From contig OZ059898.1 in assembly GCA_964057225.1 (NCBI GenBank), forward strand, positions 6,324,001-6,388,000: a stretch of DNA of 64,000 bases, in the 5' to 3' direction. The notes under the pieces were generated by a model that saw only the letters and a list, made by a program, of their open reading frames with translations, was not told where the DNA came from and did not search any database. Below, piece by piece: positions 40,023 to 54,414 of the stretch (the stretch's first letter is position 1; every line of letters begins with the position of its first letter). The DNA comes from Auanema rhodensis. Its lineage: Eukaryota > Animalia > Nematoda. The translations under genes were made by a program, and so were the position numbers.

Positions 40023-43000
40023 TCAAATAACAATACTAAATCATGTATTACCGCCACTTTTTGTTACCTTCATTAGCATAAATTATGTTAGTTAGAATAA
40101 GAATAACATAATAAGTATTTTCAAATAACTTATATATATATGAATATTATTAATTATAAAATCAATAATATAGTATATTATATATTCATATAACTAATAT
40201 ATAATAAAATTAAACGAAGGTAATTATAACATATTGAATGCAACCATTTGTCATATTTTTAAAGTTTAAAATGAATTAGCATTTGCTTGATGATACTTCA
40301 TATTTACGTGAAAATTAGAATCTCAAATTATCTTTCTTCTTTTTCTTTTTTTTTCAAATAACGATCACGCAATCATTTAAACTATTCATATAGTTAGTCT
40401 TACGTATATAATAATCAATTCATTCATAAATATTAGTAACGAATATCTATCTACAATTTATCCATCTCCACTTACTTAACACTCTATTTTATATTTTTTT
40501 TTCTAAAACATTTTTTTTTATTTTATTTAATTCTTCTATTTCCTAAACGTATATAGTTTCTCAATCATTTTTCATCTCAAGAATAAACATAAAGATATTG
40601 AATTTAAAATATTTTTTCTTTTTCTTCTTTTCATACAATTTTTTTCCTTTTTAGATACAACATATACTTTAACATATTGAATGTTTAAAAGATCATTTTA
40701 CAATTTTCTATTTAATTTGATTATGAATAACATCTAAGTAAATCAACATCTATCTATATATAGTATAGTATAGTATATTATACGTATATGTATACTATAT
40801 GAATATGTAGATGTACATATGTATATACTTATATATATTTCTTATTACTTATATTCATTTTTATTATATATTTTTATTGTTTTATTATATATATATATAT
40901 TTCTTTTTTAATTCTAGGATTAAAAGATCAATATATTATGTATGAAATATCAAATTTCAGAATAATTTGCTTTTATGTTTTATCTATTGAGCAATATTGT
41001 TTTTTTTTATTCAAAAAAGAAATAATTAATAAAGTTATTTGAGTATATATACTTAAACTATACTTATATAATATATATATATATATACTATGTTATTGTA
41101 ATAGAATATAATTTATTCTTCTATTTTGAATGTTATTTCTATATTTTTCAATAGATCAAAGGACAATATGCAATTAAGTTTAAATCTATTCATTTTACCT
41201 ATAATTTACATAATATATTAACTATAAACAATTAATTATTAATTTAAGATTTATACATTTAAAGCAAAAAAGAAGAATATTCTTTAAAATTAATAATTAT
41301 ATCTCTTTGAAGTCATTTAATAATAGAAGATGATTAAGGAATACATAAATGATCGTTATGAATACAATGAAAATCTTTAATATTCTTCAATATATTCTTA
41401 TTATAATAATATATATATAAATGTAGATGTTATCTATAGTATCATCTTTAATAGAAAAATTGAAGACTTAGTTTCATACTACTATTTCTTTTTTTTTATG
41501 TTTGAAAATACATGCTCAATAAATGAGCTTCATCTCACATGCATCTTCAATCCACTTTTCCAACTTTTTATCGTGAATTAACAAGTTTTTCCTTCAAAAT
41601 TTGTATTTCAATATATATATATATATATAGATATGTATATCATTTATACTTTAATAACTAGTTTTGCAGAATATATAAACATTCAAATAATTTTTGAAAA
41701 TCTCGCAAAAGTTAGAGAGTAAGAAAGTTCAATAAACATTAGTATATCATGAATGTTTTATTATATTCTTTTGTTAATTCTATTTTCTTTTTTCCAGTTT
41801 ACTTGACATATACTAATGTTCTTTCTGCTTCAGTAATTTAAACATTCAAAATCAACGTGCAGGTATAGAACCATTAGAAGAACTATATAGGATGTACATA
41901 TGACATACATAACATATAGTTATATACCTTATATGTATATTATTCATATAATTGAAAAGTAATCAAAATGATTTTTGAACTTTTAAACTTTTAAGAAAAT
42001 TATTTCTTTTTTTTCTTTAATTTAAATACATATACTATGTATTTATAAATTAATAAACTCTTAACACATAATCAATAATTATATGAAATACTAATAACAA
42101 AAAGATGTTATCTTTCTTTATCTTCCGGCTTATCCCTTCTTTTTCTTTTTTATACTTTCTCTCTCTCTCTTTCTCTCTCTTTTTCTCTCTCCCCCCCTCT
42201 CTCTCTTCTTCTTTCTCTCTCTCTCTCTCATCTTCGTCTTTCTCTCTATCGTATCTTCGTCTCTATGTGTTTCATTTTCTTATTTTCTTCTTTCAATATA
42301 CATTTCTTCCAGTCCGAAGTCTTCAGGATGACGGATATAGAGGGTGGATATTAAATTTCGCTGTACGTATTTTCCTTCCGTATGTTTGAATCTATTTCGA
42401 AGTCTCAGAGCTCATGAGTATGTCTGCCTATCTATCTACTTTCATCCTTGTATTCTCTGTCTCATTTCCTTCAGCTTCATTCATGTGAGCAAAAAAAAAT
42501 AGTTTGACATCCCTTTCCGGTTAGCCAAACGATTTTGCAGCATGATCATCTAATTTCTTAGAAGGAGTATGCATACGAATGTATATTAAACGTTTTAAAA
42601 TAAGTTTTACATTAGTTTTTTTTCATGAAAATTCAGTTAAAGCTTAAAGCTTTTAACATCATTCAACATCTTCTCCTCCAACTTAATTGCCTTTCTCTCT
42701 TTACACTAACTAAGTCTTACAGTTCGCACCCACCTTTTCGTTATTTGTTCGAAAGTAGACTGTAACATTGTTCTCAAAAAAAAAATATATTTTAAGTCTA
42801 AAAAGAATATTAAATATGTTTCTTTTTCGTACTAACTACTCAAATAAAATACGAAAATAGAAAATGCTCTAACTATTATAATCATTTTCTAAACATTTTT
42901 TTTGAATAGATAGAATATGTTTAAACGTCATGCTCTTGTTGTTATATTATAGAAATTGTCCGGAAAAAAAATGTTTAATACATAGTAGCTTTGTGAACAA

Positions 43001-43784
43001 ATTTTTCTCATTGATTTTTGCATTTAAGAAAATAATAATTTTTCTATAATATAATAAAAGTTTTTAGTTGCTGGAGCAATATATGTAGATAACCAGCATG
43101 CTTGGACTTGAAGCGTGAAAATTGTGGCAGCCTTAACTAATATTATATAATATAGTTTATTAAATTGATAAATAAAATAAATTTTTCTTCATTAATTGTT
43201 AGTCATTGATGTCTTTTTCTCATAATATACTATTTGATTATTAATATTTCATTGTTGTCTATTTAATATCGTTCTATTGAACTTGTTTTTATGCGTATTT
43301 TTCATTTCTTTTGAACTTTTTTTGTTGAATATTAATCTAAATTTTTGTACTCTAAAATATATATTCAATGAATTAGCCAAATATGAAGATTCATATGGCT
43401 CATCCATTTCATATGCAACCTATTCTCACTTCCAAGAAAACTTTCAGTTTAACAAAAAGACCAAATTATATGTATTTATATATACATGTATCAATCAGAG
43501 TTCGCAAGAAAAAAAAAAGAAAGATTTATCTTTGAATAGAAAAAGTATTTTTGTGATTTTTTTGTTATAGTATTATATAATTAATTATTTATTATATTAT
43601 TTAACGTCACAAATAATAATTATTGTCACATTCCGGAAGAGATATAACGTCACGTTTTCTATTTCCGGAGAAAATCAAACGGTGAAACACCTAATAGATC
43701 CATGCGTCACATGTGGTAGAAAGGTAGGAGGGTATAAGAGCTAAAGGAGTTGAAAAGATCAAGAATACTAGAGCATGAGTGAGC

Positions 43785-43948
43785 GAGAGAGAGAGAGAGA
43801 GACAGAGAGAGAGTAAGAGAGAGAGAGAGAGAGAAAGGGATAGGTAGAAAGCAATAGAAGGATAATTCAAGAACAAAATTATTAGTGAAAAAGTGAGAAT
43901 ACTATGAGAGTAAAGTATATAGTATATATTATACTATATGAAAATAGA

Positions 43949-43991
<43 letters not shown>
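43785..43991. repeat. Two (GA)n microsatellite tracts
   Basis: Runs at ~43785-43834 and ~43954-43991. Confidence 0.9.
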
Positions 43992-43994
<3 letters not shown>

Positions 43995-46900
43995 TCAGAT
44001 ACATATATAGAGAGAATAAGATAGATATAGAGAAATAAATTATTATTGAGTAAATCATGTACTGTGCGTGAAATGAGTTTCGAGGTCGCGCATCGGCTCA
44101 TCTGAATAGGATAATACGATACTAGAAGAAAGGCTCATCCATTGAGTGAACGCATGACTGAAAGTGGCTCATTCAGCCAATATCTACCTATACTTCATTC
44201 ACATCTTGTATAATCAGGATACATCTTATTTCCGTTCATTTCCGTTCCATTTGTGGTTGAACACTCTCATTTTGCCTTCCTCACGTATTACACGTCATAC
44301 GACATCTCATCTCACGTTTATACATGAATCTTATTTTATAATTTCAAAAGTTGCAGTTAGTTGCATATAAATATATTTAAATTATTTATTTTAATATTAA
44401 TTAATCTAATTTATTTCTATATATATATATATTACATATACATATATATTAATATATTCATTATATACTATATTAAACTATTTAGTTGTATTTTTAAAAA
44501 CTTATTTTTCAGCATTTTTCTCCAATATAACTATAACTATAACTATATATATATATTCTTTTGTCTTATAGCTTTTATATTTTTAGCCAATCTTTTTAAT
44601 TTTCCATACAAACACCGCAGGCAGCTACTATTTTCATTATAAACATTTTGGGAAATAATATTAGCTTCGATGTGTCAATGCGGTCAATTTCAAGATAACG
44701 TAGGAAGTCAAATAATAAACCTCATATTTGAATAAAAAAATTTCCAGAATATAAAAATTGTCAAAACAAAGAAAGAATAGTTTTCGTAGTGGGAAGCTTG
44801 AATAAAAAGAATATGACAATAGAAATGCAATTCGAATATGTGGGGGAAGTTGAGAGGTTTGCGAGAATACAGCTTTCCCCCTCTCTCTCTCTCTTTCTCC
44901 CCCCCCCCCTCTCTCTCTATCTCTCTCTCTTTTACCTTCCTCGTATATTGAACCCAATTTGAAGAGAAGGGTTGTATTTAGTATTTAGTTGCTAGTAAAT
45001 ACCTGTCAACCAGTTGATTTTTCACATTTCATTTCAACATTTCATATGTAACATAGTTTCATTCGTTTATTGAGTCAACAAATCAAAAAAAATGTTTTCT
45101 TGTATTGCTCTTTCTCTCAATAATTGTATTTGTATTATAAATCTTTATACATTATCTGCTTTCATCTGATCTTATTGGAATGTTTATTGTACTCGCCATT
45201 TGCCTCTCACTATGAGTACTTTCTATTAATTATAATTTCGTAATAATATAATTATATATTCATAATATTTTTCATTTAATAATTTAGAAAAATGTAGTTA
45301 TTTTGTGATATAACTATGATGATCATAGTTAATAGTAGATTATAAATATTGCTATATAGTACAACTGGATCATTTTTCTCAAAAATCATCTTATTTTCTT
45401 TGACATTTTGAATGAAAAAAAAATAAAAAAAATAATTAAACTACCCGCAATTTTGTTTTAAAATTGGCTTCTTGCCGTCCAGACTATGTTAGAAAGAGGG
45501 CAGATTATATATGAAGTTTTCATCATCGTGAGGAAGAGATCATCTCAAGTGGTGACTTAAGACCACCCAGCCTGCTCTATGCGTATCTTAAATCTGAAGT
45601 AAAGAAGTTATAACGATAACTATAATAGAAATAGACAACTAAGAAAAGTTATATCTCACATTCATTAACTATACTATATAGTATAGTATAGTTAGTTATC
45701 TTCATATATTCAAATTTATACAATTACTGTACTATTAAGATATTTTAATATTTTAAATTATTTTTTTACTTCTTTTTGTTATATAATATACTTATAGTAA
45801 AAGATTTTATTTGATATATCTATATTAATTTTGAGTCGACCTAATTGTCCTCATGGTCAAAAGAATTATTTGGAAACAGAATGATTGGATTATGAGCGTA
45901 CACAGGTCGTTTCAATGACTTCTTTCTTAATTGGAAATACTATTCTTTACTTTATTTTCTTTTTCATCGGCTTTCTTTCATCATCATTATATATTCGTTT
46001 TAAACTTTTTACATTCTTTTTTTTTCTATTTAATCTCATATAACATTGGAAAAAAGCACTTTGAAAACATAATTAATAATCATAATTCTTTTTATTTTAA
46101 TTTATTTGTATAACTATTCATATAGTTAGTTTCTTATATAACTATATTTGAATATATTTTACTAACTATTATTAAAAATTTGAATTTAAATATTTTTTTC
46201 ATTTCAACTTTATTTTACAAAAAAATATTATATTAATTTTTTGATTTTTAGACATGAAAACAACATTTGAAAACAATAAAATAAATTTATTTCTCTAATT
46301 ATATACATAATTATAATAAATTTACATATATATATATCTTATGTATTTAATATTTTTCGATAATTAGAATTCATTCTGTTCTATACTTTTCTTTTTTAAT
46401 TTCATCTTTTTTTCTCAATTTTTATTGACTCAATCAATATTATATAAAAAAAACTTAATGAAAAGTTATCTTCATTAATTATATTGAAGAAAAAAAAGTT
46501 TTTTCTTCTGTTTGCATCCTAAAAAAACTTATTCAAAGTAATTCTTCTTACTCTTTTTCTCAGTTTTATAGCTTTTTATAAGATGGCTTATTGACGGATG
46601 CTTGAGAAGAGAACTAGATGAGCTTAGTTGAGACATAACTTAGTATGGGGACAAACGTTGTTGCTTTTTAATGTTAACGTTTTCTGAAGAAATGCAGCGG
46701 AAATTCCCTGGTTTTCCATCTCCTCAGGCAAGATTTATAAATCATTTTGGTTGTAGGTTAGGCTATTTACACTTTCTTTTCGTGTGAAGCAACTCTGCAA
46801 TAGTTATAACTCAATCAATCATTAATTGTTAATTTAAATAGTGTCCAATGACCATATACAATCAGAACGAATTTATTTTATTTTTTTTTCTTCAATTTTC

Positions 46901-47497
46901 AAGAAGTTTCAGTTTTTTTAAACCAACAAAGAAAGATAAAAAAAAAGATGATTTTTCTAGATATTCCCTAAAATTCTGCTGCAATACTGGGTCTCGCTAG
47001 ACACGCCCTCTATTTATCATTCAACTTTCATTGTTTCAATACTTCTGTTAAAGCCTTTTTTCGTTTGTCCTTGAATTACTTCGTTGAAAAACGTATTATA
47101 TCATATCATATCTTTCAAATTCATTTGCTCTCTCACAGTTTTTTTTTCTCAAATAACTATGGACAAAGCATGTTATATAACATATAGTATAACATATATT
47201 TTTGAATAAAATAGCTGCTAATTAGAACGCCTCCAATATATTTTTCATCCAGCAGTTTAAAATATTTTGAAAAACCGTAAAATAAAATGTTCATTTTCAT
47301 TTTATAAACGAAATTTATATATGTGTACATCTTTCAATTATATAAATATATAGTATCTTTATATTCTCTCCGATATCGTCCTAGTTTTTTCCATATTCTG
47401 TTGTTCTTTTCCAATTTTATTTCAATTTTAGAAAAAAAATTATCAATAAATATTATATTGATGATTGAATTTTCGAGACAATCAGGTTAAATATAAT

Positions 47498-47501
<4 letters not shown>

Positions 47502-47551
<50 letters not shown>
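47502..47551. repeat. (CT)n microsatellite followed by a poly-C run
   Basis: Perfect run of ~25 units. Confidence 0.95.
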
Positions 47552-47554
<3 letters not shown>

Positions 47555-50500
47555 GCCCCCCCCCTCATTCCAACGTTTTTTTCCTGCAAACGTTCTCTCT
47601 TTCTCTTATGATTTTTAAATTGTATAATATACATTCCAAAAACTATATTCATCAATGTTCATTTGATATTATTTTTCAAATCTGGATTTTGATCTTTTTT
47701 TTTCTCCTTCATATACTACATTTCTTTTATATAGAAATATCAACTTGTACTTTAATAACAAAAATGAAAAGATATTTAATAAATTTAATTTTTTCTAAAA
47801 TATTATTAAATTGGACGAACATATTCAGCTCATAAATCTGGGCGGAGTTATGGTTAGGAGGTTCAGAAAGAGTAGGCGTGTCGCATCAAATAAACTTAAG
47901 TTTCACAACTTGAGAATCCAAAGATCCGTGAGACTTAGATCAATCAATTTTTGTTTTTATTCTTATTATATATACAATATATTTATTTATTTAATATTAT
48001 TATATTCTTAAATTAATATAATAATAGTCAAAGAAAAGACTTTTGTGTATTTTTTTCAAAAACAGTTGTGATAATCGTGTTTGGCTTACAAGGATTTTGA
48101 AAGCATATATGTAACACATTCATATATGTTCATATAACATATAATTCTTATTATTTTTTATTTTATTATAATATTATTAAAATATTAGAACTACATCTTA
48201 TTTTGTATTTAATTGCTATGCTAAATGTTACATGATAGCTTTTTTTTGGAAATTATATACTGAAATCTGATCAACAGACACTTTCTTTTCAATATCTTGA
48301 AGTAGCTTGTCAACATGTTTCATAATAAATTTCTCAATTTACAAGAAAAATTGACAAGTCTCTTTCGTTATTATGCATATAGTTAGCCATTTTCAGACTT
48401 AAAATGATATTGTTGCACAAATGAAAATCATTTTTCAATCAGAAAGGCAAGGAATGTTTGTGTGTGTGTGCAACTGTTTAATCTCTCTTTTCCTCTCTCT
48501 CTCATTCACTTCCATTCACTTCTTATTCGAATTCTCCATGTATTCATTACTTTCTCTCCTTCTCTTTATCTGTCTTTTCTCTCTTTTCATTTCCTCTTTC
48601 GTTCATTTATCTCTTGTCTCTTCTATTTTCCTCGGTATCTACTCTTTATTCGGGGTGTTTATTTACAAATTTCTCTACTATTTTAAAGGATATATGAAGC
48701 TTTAATTGAAAATCTAACATCTGCTAGATATGCCAGTTGACTTTGAATGTTCAAAAAATTAAATTTCTTCAGCTTTGTCTTATTTAGCAAACAACTATTT
48801 CTAAAAATTAATTTTGGCATCTATCTCCTCTTCTACTACTTCACATTTTCCTTTATAAACCTATAAAGCAACATATGTATGTCTGTATGTGTGTAGATAT
48901 GTGTACATATAGCTAACTATAGGCATATAGTATAGTTTATATAATATAATTAATAATTCAATGTTGTGCTTTCATATTTTTTAGTTGAAAAACCTTAAAA
49001 TCATATGATTAATGCTGGAGAGTAAGAACATCACCTCGTATTTCATGTATTATACATGTTGTTTCAATAAGTTGGATTGGTCAAACATGTACATACATAC
49101 ATATGTGTCAAATGTGTGAAAACTTTCGAAATAAAAGTTGTTTTTTCAAAAAAAAAAAGAAAAAAGAAAAGAAATGAAATCCAGCTTTTTATTTTAACTA
49201 TAACATATATTTTCTTTAGTATTTCAGAAATTAACTATAAATTTTATATTTATTTTAATTTAATAAGCTAATACAAGGTTTAAATAAATTAAAACTTTAA
49301 TTTAACGTATTTTACAAAATTTTCCGCTTAAAATTGCATTTGTTCTGTATTTTGGCAATTACTTGCATTGCCATCTATTTTTTCCGGGAACGGCCTGCAC
49401 TGGAACACATGAACTTTCAACTTTACTTGAGCTAATTGTCAGAATCAGAATCATTTGTGTCCTTGAACAGACGTAGGCTGGTTGTTTAATTTCTTTTTTT
49501 CCTTATTTTCTGGCACTCTCTCTCTCTCTTACTCTCGTTCTCTTTAGAATCTTGCTCTTTTTCTCTCTCTCTCTCTCTATCATTTTCTTTTTCTCTCTGT
49601 AACACCATTTGCAATATTGTCACTACACAAATTTTGAATTTTTTTTCTCTTATACTCCCTTCATTTCACTCAATTTCACTAAATTCGTGTATTATAAGAA
49701 CACTTATTTCATGTTCTTATCTGTATCTCTCTCTCATTTTTATTTAGTCTATCTCTATCTCTATCTTCCCAATCCCCCCTACTTCTTATAAGATGTTTAA
49801 CTTTCATGCTTCGTTCTCAAGCTAAAACCAACAGAATTTTAAGTTGATTTTGTTCTCCTTAAAAGGAGATTTCTCTTCTTTGACTTTCTCATCATTTTCA
49901 CATTCTCTTCTTTTTGCCTTTTAACTGCAAAAGTTGATTGGTCTATGTTTATACAGCTCCCCCCCCCCTAATCGTTGAGCTGAGCCGTCTGTTGGTCAGC
50001 CGTTCAGTTTTTGAGGAACATCTAATTGCATGTTATATCTCTATCTCAGTTATAGCCATCTCATTTCATTCAATTTAAACTGAACTTATTCCTTGAAAAA
50101 CGAAGTTTTATATTCAATGTATCTCAAAACTTTGCAAAAATATATTTTTTTTAGAAATTTTGAAAAAGAAATTTCTCTTCTGAATGGCTTCTCATCGGTT
50201 TTCTTCAAATAAACAACGGCTCATTAATCTTTTTTCTTTAAAATTTAATTTATATTTTAAGAAACCATGTTCTTGATTTTGCTTCTTTTTCATTTTTTGT
50301 CTAATTTTATGAATAATTATAAATATTTAATGTCTAAAGAGAAGAACAGCTAACATCTTGTTCTCATTAGTTTTGCACATTATAGTTTTCAGTTCATTTG
50401 ACCCTAAATCGAACTATAATTCATTCATTTTAAACAAAAATTTAAAATTTCTTAAACTAATCTGAGAATTTGAGTTGTGTCTTCATATAGTTTTGCTATG

Positions 50501-50755
50501 ATATTACCTAGATGTTGATACATCTTAGATGTACATGTGTATCCCTTCTTATCCTTTTCCTCAAGTTTTCGTTCAGGTAATTGATGTTTCGATCAACTTT
50601 TATCTTTCAGTTTCTTCTGAGTCTTTTGAAAATTCTTTTCATCTCTTTCTCCTTCTTATCATTATCGTTTTCTCTTCTTTTTATTGCTAAAAATACGTTT
50701 TTGCAGCTTATTCGTGTTCTCTAGACTAAATCATCTCATAAACGTTCTCATAATT

Positions 50756-53268
50756 ATGGATTTCTCAGAGGTAATAGATAACTATTCATAGATTGTAGTA
50801 AACTATTAGTTATAGTTAATGATATCTGAATGATTTTGATATAATTCTTTCAGATTACCTTGTTCTTCTTATTACTTTGTGTTTCTCTTTCCCAAGCAAT
50901 CAAATGTAAATGCACAAAAGAATCTGAAACTATAACATGTTATGATGGTGTTTGTGATGCTGAAGGAGGATGTAAGTTCATTAATATTTCTTATTTTCTA
51001 TTATTTCTTTTATATTTTTTATATTTTCTTCATCATTTTTTATATTCAATTATTTGTTCTTCACTTATTCACCCATTCTTTCGAATTGAATGATGGATGA
51101 GGCAGTTGCTCTAATGACAAAGTGCCATCGAACATCTCAACCTCAAATATTTTTTAAAATTTATTTTTTTCCTTTTGGTATATTATACATATTTTCTTTA
51201 ACTTTAAAATCTTTTAAAGAAATACCCTATTCGCTCTATTTAAAGTGAAGTAGAAGAAATTAAATGTCACCTAGACGTATTAGAACACAAAGCTCAAAGA
51301 ACTGCCAGAAGTTCAATGCTTCAAGATTACTCGATCGAAAAAAATAAAAACGTTTAAGCTAGTTTAGACTAGTCCATATAGGAAATGCAACTCAAATGAG
51401 TCAGAAACATTATCTTACTAAGAGTTGACCCTTTAACCATAACCATTAGTTGATATGTTTATATTTATTTGCTTTTCTCATCGTTATCCTAAACAAAAAA
51501 AAAGAAAAGAAAAGAGAAAAAGAATATAAACTAAGAATAGTACTGATTACTAAAGAACTTAATAAATAAATAAAATAGCTACATACATATACATACATCC
51601 ATATATAAGATTTGAAAAAAAAAACATTATAAATCTTTTCTTTAACTTTCTTTTAAATGTTATATTTAACTAAATATAGTATATAGTTTATATTATATTA
51701 TAAGTGTTCAACATTTATTTGATTATTGTATTAGTTGACCTTTTGAAAAAAAGTTTTACCTCTCTTCGCTCAATGCTGCTCCCTATCCCTTTTTCTTTTT
51801 CAAAACTGTATTATAGATTTGTTCGCAATTTATAATAGTGAATCATCACTTATTCAGATCTCTTGAAAAAGCACAAAATTTCTATTTTCCTAATATCATT
51901 TTTCGATCAAATATTCATTTCGTTCATTTTACTTGATCGAAAGGCGGAAACAAATGGTTAGCTTTCTTGAAAGAGTAAAGGAATAAGAGAGAGATATGAA
52001 TATCAAATTTCCATAATTAACAAATTTAAAAAGAATTTTGTTAAACAAGAGTATGCTCTTAATAGCATATTGACATGAAAATTATATTCTAAATACGAAT
52101 ATCTGAGGTCAAGACTCTTAATCTCTGCTATACAATTCACATTTAATTATATTCTTTTTGTTATAATATCAATATATATCGATATATAATATAAATAAAT
52201 ATAATTAATATAAATATCTAAATATACATATGTATATATCTTTCTATATATATATATAGTATATATAAGCTTAAGTATTAATATTGAAGACTATAAGATA
52301 ATATATATAATTTAGAAAAGGAAAAAAACAAATTATTATTATTTAGAAATAGTTGTTGTTCTTTTTAACATTCATTTTTAATATTTAATCTTTAGTTGCT
52401 ATGTTATATCATCAGTAGTAAACAGATTAAATGATGAGATTCACGAAACAGAAATAGTAATAAATTGCGAAAATCATTAGAAATATTATTTCTATCATAA
52501 TTTAACTATTTTTTTAAATAATACAAAACAAAATTTACATATAATTATATAGTAAAATAAAAGAAAAATCATTAAAATAATTTTCAGCTTGTTTAATGCT
52601 TGATCATCCTACTATGGGAGTTCATTATACATGTCATAACAAGAGTTTAAGGGTAAGTATTTCATATTCTAATGTTAATTTAACTAATACATATTTATAA
52701 AAATTAAAATTGAAACATTTATTTGATTTAGTTATCAAAGTTTATGTGAATATTTAATTAATATGAAGTGACAATGACATGTATTTATTGTATTCAGTCA
52801 TTACGTGACCTTTACAAAGTTCACGTGAGCAGTAATGGCATGATGTAAATAATCTAGTTAAGAAGATATACATACATATGCATGTTTTTCATATAATTAA
52901 TTAATTTACATTTATAAATATGTATAGTTTGATCTTTAATTATTCCTATTATTCATTTATAATTATTTTTTATAGGATGGAGCATGTCTATTCAAAACTT
53001 CCAAAAGTGGTGCTAATGTAAGAATCTGCGCATGTAATATAATGGATTTTTGTAATTATTCATATTGGCCTGAAAAGTACGTTTTTTTTGGATATTCTTG
53101 TTATTATTTATATATTATACTTATTCAAGGTCAACTAGATCAATCCCATCAGAACGTCGTACACAAGTTGCTCGCGATGATTCAAATACGGATAAACTAG
53201 GAACCTCAATCACAAGTCAAGTTTGCGTTATGATCAGCTTTTTGGCATTTGTACATCAAATAATGTAA
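50756..53268 (+). CDS. Small secreted/GPI-anchored three-finger-fold protein (Ly6 / activin-receptor-ectodomain-like)
   Basis: Exons: 50756-50770, 50854-50971, 52588-52652, 52976-53076, 53130-53268. Translation MDFSEITLFFLLLCVSLSQA-IKCKC...TCYDGVC...SCLML...YTC...GAC...ICAC..DFCN: 10 Cys with a terminal CN motif, then a polar spacer and hydrophobic C-terminus (VCVMISFLAFVHQIM*). Confidence 0.8.
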
Positions 53269-54414
53269 AATAATATTTTAAAAACGAATTAGGTTTCCAT
53301 TATAAGTTCAACTTTCGATGCGAACATTCTTTGAATTTTGTTTTGGAATATAGGTAATAGACAGTTTTTTCAACCATATGAAACTAGTTCGAAATATCAT
53401 TCCCTTCATATATAATGTAAAAAAAGTTTTGTTTTAATCATTTCTTTTTGATATTTTCTCAGAATGCTGTTAAATCTTATGTTTTTTTTTGAAAAGTTTT
53501 AGCAATTTGTAAGAAACTTTTTCACGTGTTCCAACAACTCCGTCCATACCTAAACCTATTACCATACCTATTTACAAATCTTTCAAGAACAAAAGTTTAA
53601 TTTTCTAAAAATTTTTAAAAATTATTCAATAACCTTATAATTTGTCATAAATTGTTATTTTCATATAATTATCTCATTGCTGTTTATATAATTAAACATG
53701 TTTGCTTTTTTTTGTATTGAAATGCTTAGCCAACAAGATTTGAGTCAGATAAGAGGTTACTATCTTCATGTTATTCCTAAGTTTCGATCATATTTAACAT
53801 TTGCAATAATTAATCTTTATATTTTATTTAAAAAAAACACATTTCAAATGATTAATAATGTAAAAAATGAGAATAAAGTTTCAAATATTTTTTACAAATA
53901 AAACCCAAAATTCATGACTTGGCTGACAGTTTATAGATTTATAATATATTATATCAAATAGTCTATTATGTATATGAATGAGAACAACGTCAATGATGTC
54001 AAAATAATTTTAGATTCTTATTTGAAATAAAAAATATTAGATATAATAAAATAAAATAAAATAAGAAAATCAAAGAATTAAAGTAACAATTGTAAGAAAT
54101 GTATACATTGAAGATATTGTATTAATATTTTTAAAATAATAATAATAATATTATTAATGAAATAACTGTATCCTGTTAATTATATGAAAGCTTAGCAGGA
54201 TTACGGTATTTACAGTAGGAACTCATATAAGAGGGTGGTTCTGATTGATTAATTATTTGATTGCTACAGTAATCTTTAGTAAAATAATAAGATATATAAA
54301 CCGGTTATGAACAAATAAAAGAAATATTATGAGAAAGTAAAATATATGTAGTAAACCAGCTCATGAAAAAAAACAACTCAACAAATGTTATATAAAAGAT
54401 TAAGAGAACTGAAG

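Noticed and set aside
46726-46750. AGGCAAGAT, matching the start of miR-72/miR-31
   Set aside because: Only 9 nt match and I see no flanking hairpin.
41000-50700. Short ORFs between the Ig-EGF and three-finger genes
   Set aside because: Low-complexity, microsatellite-derived translations with no coherent gene model.
54175-54242. Possible fourth EPP peptide exon downstream of the neuropeptide stop (EPPSYMSSYC on minus strand)
   Set aside because: Weak acceptor, no suitable donor identified and no dibasic flanks. Probably a chance match in the 3'UTR.
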